From Aliivibrio fischeri ES114 (GTDB lineage Bacteria > Pseudomonadota > Gammaproteobacteria > Enterobacterales > Vibrionaceae), in NCBI RefSeq assembly GCF_000011805.1, contig NC_006841.2: a DNA stretch of 32,000 nt; one strand, written 5' to 3'. Each line of letters opens with the position of its first letter. The first letter of the stretch is position 1. Of this stretch, positions 26,590 to 32,000 are shown one piece after another. Made by a program: the position numbers and the translations under genes. Under the pieces are notes generated by a model. The model saw nothing but the letters and a program-made list of their open reading frames with translations. It was not told the DNA's origin and did no database searches.

Positions 26590-27351
26590 TTATTGTCCGT
26601 AATACATACAAATACGTTGGCCATTAACTTCATGGATATCAAACTCGGTTTCATATATTTCAGACAACACCTCTTTTCTAATAACTTCAGCAACGGTACC
26701 ATTAGCCACCACTTTGCCTTTTTTAAGTGCCACGATATTGTCTGAATAGCATGATGCGAAATTAATATCGTGAATAACAATAACAACCGCTTTACCTAGT
26801 TCATGAGCCAACGTCTTAATGTTTTTCATGATTTGCAATGAATGTTTAATATCTAAGTTATTTAGTGGTTCATCTAAAAATACATAATCCGTATCTTGCG
26901 CAACAACCATAGCAATGAACGCTAATTGACGTTGACCGCCACTTAATTGATCTAAATATTTATTCTGAATAGGCTCGAGATCTAAATAGCGAATTGCCTT
27001 ATCCATCACTTCATTATCGTGCTTTGTGAGTTTGCCTTGGCTATATGGAAAGCGACCAAAGGCAACAAGCTCACGAACCGTAAAACGCATATTTAAATTA
27101 TTAGATTGTCGAAGTACCGCTAATTTCTTCGCTAGGGCTTTAGTATCCCAATCCACCACTTCTTGGTTTTCGATGAGAACACTACCGCTGTCTTTTGCTA
27201 ACAAGCGACTTGCCATGGATAACACGGTACTTTTACCTGCCCCATTCGGTCCAATGATCGACGTAACTTCACCTTTAACAAAAGAAGCGGAAGCTTGGTC
27301 TACTACTTTTTGCTGACCAAATGATTTAGATAGTTGAGATAATGAAATCAT
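26590..27351 (-). CDS. Iron-siderophore ABC transporter ATP-binding protein (YclP/VctC/FecE type)
   Basis: Walker A GPNGAGKST, signature LSGGQRQ, Walker B YVFLDEPLNNLD, H-loop VIHDIN. Confidence 0.9.
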   Translation of the reverse strand: MISLSQLSKSFGQQKVVDQASASFVKGEVTSIIGPNGAGKSTVLSMASRLLAKDSGSVLIENQEVVDWDTKALAKKLAVLRQSNNLNMRFTVRELVAFGRFPYSQGKLTKHDNEVMDKAIRYLDLEPIQNKYLDQLSGGQRQLAFIAMVVAQDTDYVFLDEPLNNLDIKHSLQIMKNIKTLAHELGKAVVIVIHDINFASCYSDNIVALKKGKVVANGTVAEVIRKEVLSEIYETEFDIHEVNGQRICMYYGQ

Positions 27352-27359
27352 ACGTTTCT

Positions 27360-28310
27360 CTATTGAATTTTTTGTCTAACTAACAGTGATAAGAAATACA
27401 AACCACCGATAAAATTAATTACTACGCTTAATGTCGTTTCAAACTTAAATATGTTTTCGATAACCCATTGCCCTGAAAGCAACATCGACATTGCCATTAA
27501 ACTGCTTCCCAGTAGCAAAGTACGATGACGATAGGTATGAAAAAACTCTTTCGCTAAGTTCGCTACCAACAAACCAAAGAACATCACAGGGCCAACTAAT
27601 GCCGTTGAAACCGAAATTAAAATCGCCACTAAGATAAGTACTTGTTTTGTCACTTTACCAACATCAACACCTAAGCTGGTCGCGTTATCATTATCTAGCC
27701 AAAACACATCGAGAATATTCGACATTCTAAAAAGAACCGCACTAATAAGAAGTAATGGAATCACACAAAAATAAACGAGATCTTTGTTAATGTTATTAAA
27801 ACTGGCAAACATACTAGATTGGATCGAAGCAAAATCATTTGGATCGACCAACATCGTGAAGAAAGAAGAAATGTTAGAAAATAGCTGTCCAAAAATCACC
27901 CCAAGCAACAATAAGGTAATTACGTTACTGTTGTTTTTCTTGAAGTAAAATCCAAATAACAATAAAGAAAACCCGACCATTATCACAACTGACATCGCAA
28001 AGTTTAAAAATGGATTTAGTATGAAAACACTAAAGCTACCAAAAATAACAACAACCAATACTTGAGTAAGTAAATACAAGGCATCAAAGCCCATGATACT
28101 TGGCGTTAAAATACGGTTGTGCGTGATGGTTTGAAAAACCAAAGACGATTGAGCAATTGCAATACTGGCTAAGATCATCGCCAATACTTTAGGTACACGG
28201 CGTGACAAAAAGTATTCATAATTTGAAGCGTCAAGCCCAATACCAATAAACAAAAAGGTAAATAATACGGTAATGAAAGCCAATGCCGTTAATTTAATTG
28301 AATCAGACAT
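27360..28310 (-). CDS. Iron-siderophore ABC permease, FecCD family (YclO/VctG type)
   Basis: 316 aa polytopic protein. The C-terminus ...TTLSVVINFIGGLYFLSLLVRQKIQ is typical of FecCD permeases. Confidence 0.87.
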   Translation of the reverse strand: MSDSIKLTALAFITVLFTFLFIGIGLDASNYEYFLSRRVPKVLAMILASIAIAQSSLVFQTITHNRILTPSIMGFDALYLLTQVLVVVIFGSFSVFILNPFLNFAMSVVIMVGFSLLLFGFYFKKNNSNVITLLLLGVIFGQLFSNISSFFTMLVDPNDFASIQSSMFASFNNINKDLVYFCVIPLLLISAVLFRMSNILDVFWLDNDNATSLGVDVGKVTKQVLILVAILISVSTALVGPVMFFGLLVANLAKEFFHTYRHRTLLLGSSLMAMSMLLSGQWVIENIFKFETTLSVVINFIGGLYFLSLLVRQKIQ

Positions 28311-29194
28311 TTTGCTTACCTTTTACGATAAAGAAAATAAACACCATTCCACCAAGAATACTAATGATCATAGAGATAGGAAATAAAAAAGGTGTTGTTT
28401 TCTGTGTTTGCTGTGGTTGAATAAATAAGAAAGAAATAAACATAAAATTGTGCTACTAAGTTAGGAACAATGAGACCAAGGAAAGGTAATTGACCGACAA
28501 TCATTACTACTGTTGCCGACATAACAGAAACTAAAATGATGCCAAGAAATAGAATTTGCTTGTAATTCAAGCCAATATTAATAGCGAAGTCTTTACCCAT
28601 GCCAACAGCAGATAGACGTGTTGCATACCAATAGCTGATCACTGAGATAGGGATTGCGATATACAGTAATTCGTAATTACCTTGAAGAATGTTGGCAAAA
28701 TTGGCTACTGTCCACGCAGAAAGGTTTTGTACTGCATCATATTTATAGGCAACAAAGGTAGCGGCAGAAGAGACAACATTACCAAAAATAATACCGATAA
28801 GAGGTACATAAATGGCATTTTTAAATTGAATACGATGAATAAACTGAATGAAAAGAAGCGTACCACCAATTGCCATTGCAAAAATGAGTAGTAAATTATC
28901 ACCATGCCCAAAGAGTACTAAACTCAATACGTAGCCCAACATAGCACATTCGATGGTGCCTGAGGTTGATGGTGCAGCAAATCGATTTTGGCTAATCTGT
29001 TGCATAATTAGACCAGCAATACTCAAACCGGCACCAGATAATAAAATCGCTAATAAACGTGGTAAACGACTTACCATAAGAAGTTCTAAAGCTTCCGTAT
29101 CACCACGAAATATAGCTGACAGCGGTAAATCAGCAACGCCAATAAATACCGAAGCAAAACTCAATACAATAAGAACAAGCAATAACTTTTTCAA
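28303..29194 (-). pseudogene. Iron-siderophore ABC permease, FecCD family (YclN/VctD type), split across two frames
   Basis: The body is in one frame, from TTG 29194 (GAGG SD; alternative TTG 29215) to ...LGLIVPNLVAQFY near 28441. The family-typical C-terminus PFLFPISMIISILGGMVFIFFIVKGKQNV* is in the +1 frame (28452->28303). That frame's TGA overlaps the next gene's ATG (ATGTCTGA). Confidence 0.65.
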
Positions 29195-29213
29195 AGCTAA
29201 CCTCAGCCTGCAC

Positions 29214-29246
29214 AAAGCGTGCTATCTCAGTGAAATAACACGCTTT
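29214..29246 (-). other. Intercistronic stem-loop between the binding-protein and permease genes
   Basis: AAAGCGTG (29214-21) pairs with CACGCTTT (29239-46), with a 17-nt loop and no U-tract. This is the usual position for an mRNA-stabilising hairpin after an ABC binding-protein gene. Confidence 0.45.
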
Positions 29247-29267
29247 ACAGTAGAATTAGAAATAAAT

Positions 29268-30173
29268 TTAAAGATGAATAGATTGTTTTACATCAGCAAT
29301 CATTTGATCAGTTGCTGTAACACCAGAAATCGCTAAATACCATGCATTAATGTCTAGGTAAGTTAAGCTATCGTTCTTATATGCATCAGTTGCTTTTACT
29401 AATGGGTTAGCAAACTCTTCACGTGTACGACTTTTATCTTTATTGATCAATTTATCTTTATCAATAATTAGCAGGTTTGATGGGTTTACATCACGAATAA
29501 ATTCATACGATACCAAATCACCATGGCGGGATTCTTTAATACCCTCTACCGCTTCTTTAAATCCAAAGTCTTTATAAATAGAAGAAAAACGCGATTGAGC
29601 TCCGAAGGTTGTGATATTACCACCAGCACTCATAACCGTTAATGCAGCAACATTATTTGCTTTATTGTGTTCAGCAATAGCTTTAAATTCAGCATCTACG
29701 CTAGCGATTTTCGCTTCAACTTTATCTTGAATTTCAAAAATATTACCTAGCATACGCCATTGTTGTTGTGTGCTTTTCCAATAGCCCGTAGAGTCAGCGG
29801 CAAATACGATTGTTGGTGCAATTTCAGACAGATCTTTATATGCTTTTACCGCTCGTGAACCAATAATGATCACATCCGGTTTTTGCATGTAAATAGTCTC
29901 AAAATCAGGTTCACTTAAGCTACCAGAAGAGGCATATTCTTTCGTTTTATACTTTAGTAAGTAAGAAGGCATTGTCGTTGCCTGAGTTACCGCTACTGGT
30001 TTAATACCAAAATAATCAATGGCATCTAACGTCCCTGTACCAATAACAACAACACGTTGAGGTTTTGTCTCAAGTGTCGTTTTGCCTAATTGATGAGAAA
30101 CGGTAATCGTTTCAGCATAACTTGATGCAGAAACTAATAAACCAAATAACATTGTAGCGATACTTTTTTTCAT
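29268..30173 (-). CDS. Periplasmic iron-siderophore binding protein (class III SBP; YclQ/VctP/CeuE type)
   Basis: Signal peptide MKKSIATMLFGLLVSASSYA-E, then ...KPQRVVVIGTGTLDAIDYFGIKPVAV... It is the first gene of the transporter operon. The ORF is open to 30215, but ATG 30173 gives the signal peptide. Confidence 0.85.
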   Translation of the reverse strand: MKKSIATMLFGLLVSASSYAETITVSHQLGKTTLETKPQRVVVIGTGTLDAIDYFGIKPVAVTQATTMPSYLLKYKTKEYASSGSLSEPDFETIYMQKPDVIIIGSRAVKAYKDLSEIAPTIVFAADSTGYWKSTQQQWRMLGNIFEIQDKVEAKIASVDAEFKAIAEHNKANNVAALTVMSAGGNITTFGAQSRFSSIYKDFGFKEAVEGIKESRHGDLVSYEFIRDVNPSNLLIIDKDKLINKDKSRTREEFANPLVKATDAYKNDSLTYLDINAWYLAISGVTATDQMIADVKQSIHL

Positions 30174-30225
30174 ATTCTTTACACTCAAGTGATAACTATT
30201 CGTATTTCGATTCACTATAATGAAA

Positions 30226-30244
30226 ATGGTTATTATTAACCAGA
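30226..30244. promoter_or_regulatory. Candidate Fur box overlapping the promoter of the siderophore-uptake operon
   Basis: TATAATGAAAATGGTTATT matches GATAATGATAATCATTATC at 14/19 positions. On the minus strand it overlaps a TGGTTA-N17-TATAGT promoter, 53-71 nt upstream of ATG 30173. Confidence 0.55.
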
Positions 30245-30323
30245 ATAAAAAAGTAAAGATTGTAAAGGCGTAAAAAATATAAGGCTATTAGAAGAGAGTT
30301 GAGATAATTGCGGTTCTATAGGC

Positions 30324-30362
30324 AATAAAAAAGGCCATTATAGGGGGAATGATAATGGCCTT
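30324..30362 (-). terminator. Rho-independent terminator after the 80-aa gene
   Basis: AAGGCCATTAT-(10-nt loop)-ATAATGGCCTT. On the minus strand it is followed by TTTTTTATT. Confidence 0.75.
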
Positions 30363-30384
30363 AAAAATACATAGCTGGTTTTCT

Positions 30385-30627
30385 TTAGTGCAAGTGTCTC
30401 TTCGTTACTTCACATGAAAGAGTCTCATGATCAAACAAGAAACGAAACGCGTGCGAGTTAAAATATTTCCCGTCACTCCATAACACTTCACCAAAGATCT
30501 TGCAGAGATCCATGTCTGAAGCTGAACCTTTCTTATCGATTAATCCAATAACAGATAAAACTTGGCTCTCTATATCCTTGGGACAATTTTTAATTGACCA
30601 TTTATGAGTCATACTCATTTTTTCCAT
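30385..30627 (-). CDS. Hypothetical protein, 80 aa, no family recognised
   Basis: An isolated ORF with its own terminator and an upstream promoter-like region. The start is uncertain (three ATGs in the first six codons, none with a strong SD). Confidence 0.5.
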   Translation of the reverse strand: MEKMSMTHKWSIKNCPKDIESQVLSVIGLIDKKGSASDMDLCKIFGEVLWSDGKYFNSHAFRFLFDHETLSCEVTKRHLH

Positions 30628-30815
30628 AATAATAACTAGCCTAATGTGTTTTTATTTATTGTGCTCAAGTCACAAAACACAGTTTAACCCAATGATAACT
30701 TAAATCAAGCTTTTTTGTGACTTAAGTCTCACAAAGTGAAATTACTGACAAATTATAGAAGTATAAATAATCAAAAATGAGATCTTTATCATTGATATTT
30801 TACATATTTAACACA

Positions 30816-30848
30816 TAAAAAAGGCGCTGTATTAATACAAACGCCTTT
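30816..30848 (-). terminator. Rho-independent terminator after the glutaredoxin-like gene
   Basis: AAAGGCG-c-TGTAT-TA-ATACA-aa-CGCCTTT. On the minus strand it is followed by TTTTTTAT. Confidence 0.75.
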
Positions 30849-30885
30849 GAATTACCACTTTAGTATTAATGCAAGCTGTTGGTAT

Positions 30886-31248
30886 TTAAGGATATTTACT
30901 TTCTAAGAATGACATTATATCGGCAGACTCATACATCCATTGTGTTTCACCATTTTCATTATCAATACGCAAGCATGGTACTTTTATTCTTCCACCTCCC
31001 GCTAACAAAGCGGCTCTGTGCTCTTCATTATGTTTTGCATCTCGTAATTCAATGTTCAGTGATTGACGTTTAATCGTTCGACGCACTTTCACACAAAAAG
31101 GACACGCTTCAAATTGGTACAAAGAATACTTTGCTGTTTCTGCATCAATTTCAGTCTGTTTAGCAGGATCTCGCTTAACTCCTGAAGGAGAAAATACACA
31201 ATCCAAACCTAAAATAACCTTACCAAGCACGAAACGAATGACTTTCAT
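30886..31248 (-). CDS. Glutaredoxin-family protein with an N-terminal membrane anchor (CPFC active site)
   Basis: YQFEACPFCVKVRRTIK...GGGRIKVPCLRI...WMYESADIMSFLE. ATG 31248 (MKVIRFVLGKVILG...) has an AGGAGA SD. The ORF is open to 31284. Confidence 0.8.
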   Translation of the reverse strand: MKVIRFVLGKVILGLDCVFSPSGVKRDPAKQTEIDAETAKYSLYQFEACPFCVKVRRTIKRQSLNIELRDAKHNEEHRAALLAGGGRIKVPCLRIDNENGETQWMYESADIMSFLESKYP

Positions 31249-31365
31249 GTTTACTCTCCTAAATAATGCATCAATAGCTAACAACGTTGAGCAAATAGAT
31301 GTTAACTAATGTGAAATATAATAATTATTGTTTTAAAGTTACTGGATTGTAACAGTTTTATTTAT

Positions 31366-31405
31366 ATAAAAAAAAGCCTCAAAAGAAATCATCTTATGAG
31401 GCTTT
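31366..31405 (-). terminator. Rho-independent terminator after putP
   Basis: AAAGCCTCA..AAGA-loop-TCTT..TGAGGCTTT. On the minus strand it is followed by TTTTTTTT. Confidence 0.75.
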
Positions 31406-31433
31406 AAGTTTATCGTTGTTAAAAAGCTAGAAC

Positions 31434-32000
31434 TTATTCAAACTCAACTAGGTTACGTTCAAACTCTTCATGCTGTTTTAGTACTTTATCTTCAGGCTTA
31501 CCAGTTAACTTACTAACGACAATAATCGCAATAGTTGCAAAGATAATTCCAGGAACAATCTCATAGACATCAAATAAACCGCCAGTTAATTGCTTCCAAA
31601 CAACAATTGTTACACCACCAACGATAATGCCAGCAAGAGCACCATTACGATTCATTCCTTTCCAATAAAGGCTAAGTACAATCGCTGGACCAAATGCAGC
31701 ACCAAAACCTGCCCATGCGTAAGATACGAGACCAAGAACAGAACTATCAGGATTCATTGCTAATAATAGAGCGATAACAGACAAAGCAACGACAGCGAAA
31801 CGACCCACATTAACGATCTCTTTGCTTGTTGCGTCTTTCTTAACCAGTTGCTTATATAAATCTTCTGATAACGCCGAAGAAGATACAAGTAATTGCGAAT
31901 CCGCAGTACTCATTATTGCCGCTAAAATAGCAGCTAATAAAATACCAGCAACAACCGGATGGAAAATGGCATTTACTAACAGCATAAATACTTTTTCACC
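31434..32000 (-). CDS. putP: Sodium/proline symporter PutP (SSS family), C-terminal ~188 aa; 5' end is off the right edge
   Basis: The frame is open to base 32000. It reads ...AAIMSTADSQLLVSSSALSEDLY...GLVSYAWAGFGAAFGPAIVLSLYW..., which is SSS/PutP-typical. Confidence 0.85.
   Translation of the reverse strand, partial: GEKVFMLLVNAIFHPVVAGILLAAILAAIMSTADSQLLVSSSALSEDLYKQLVKKDATSKEIVNVGRFAVVALSVIALLLAMNPDSSVLGLVSYAWAGFGAAFGPAIVLSLYWKGMNRNGALAGIIVGGVTIVVWKQLTGGLFDVYEIVPGIIFATIAIIVVSKLTGKPEDKVLKQHEEFERNLVEFE

Noticed and set aside
25799-27316. 60-, 96-, 71- and 96-aa ORFs overlapping the SIP and ABC ATPase genes.
   Set aside because: They are shadow or alternative-frame ORFs within genes that have clear Walker/signature and SIP motifs.
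28682-29336. 69-, 68- and 127-aa ORFs overlapping the disrupted permease gene.
   Set aside because: They are antisense or alternative-frame and do not contain the missing permease segment. The real continuation is the +1 frame at 28303-28452.
30879-31073. 64-aa plus-strand ORF antisense to the glutaredoxin-like gene.
   Set aside because: Shadow ORF.
1-32000. I looked for CRISPR repeats, tRNA/rRNA, IS elements, transposases, integrases, phage genes, toxin-antitoxin pairs and known defence-system domains.
   Set aside because: I found no spaced direct-repeat arrays and no recombinase- or nuclease-like ORFs. Every ORF of 100 aa or more that I accepted is assigned to a metabolic, transport or regulatory family. 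A by-eye scan cannot exclude short or diverged repeats, so a self-dot-plot and an Rfam scan would be needed for certainty.

Overview
Visibly AT-rich, almost fully coding 32-kb gammaproteobacterial window. Gene content and order (malT divergent from malP-malQ-glgB, with a DUF368 gene nearby) resemble Vibrionaceae chromosome II; this taxonomic placement is inference from memory, no search was run. All product calls rest on motifs I could read in the translations.

Contents, left to right:
- 3' part of glgX.
- cheV, with a sigma-28-like promoter.
- sstT and a DUF1275 membrane protein.
- glgC-glgA, then a YdcF/DUF218 gene.
- glgB-malQ-malP, divergent from malT, with MalT-box-like repeats in the control region.
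- A DUF368/PopT-like membrane protein.
- A monocistronic focA-like formate channel.
- tag plus a 61-aa basic sORF.
- A three-gene periplasmic copper-chaperone operon (YtkA/FixH-like, SCO1/SenC, PCuAC).
- An EamA transporter.
- A long minus-strand block: Fur-box promoter, siderophore binding protein, two FecCD permeases, ATPase, siderophore-interacting reductase, DUF465, a Cys-type GST and a SigZ-type ECF sigma.
- An orphan 80-aa gene, a membrane-anchored glutaredoxin, and the 3' part of putP.

I saw no rRNA, tRNA, CRISPR array, IS element, integrase or recognisable defence genes, and I cannot point to a convincing novel multi-gene system.

Most unusual observations:
1. One siderophore permease is split across two reading frames.
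2. An anti-sigma-less SigZ-type sigma with a 4-Cys tail sits next to a GST that also has a 4-Cys tail.
3. There are several unannotated or unknown small genes of 30, 61 and 80 aa.
4. RNA hairpins sit in the focA leader and directly against the eamA start codon.
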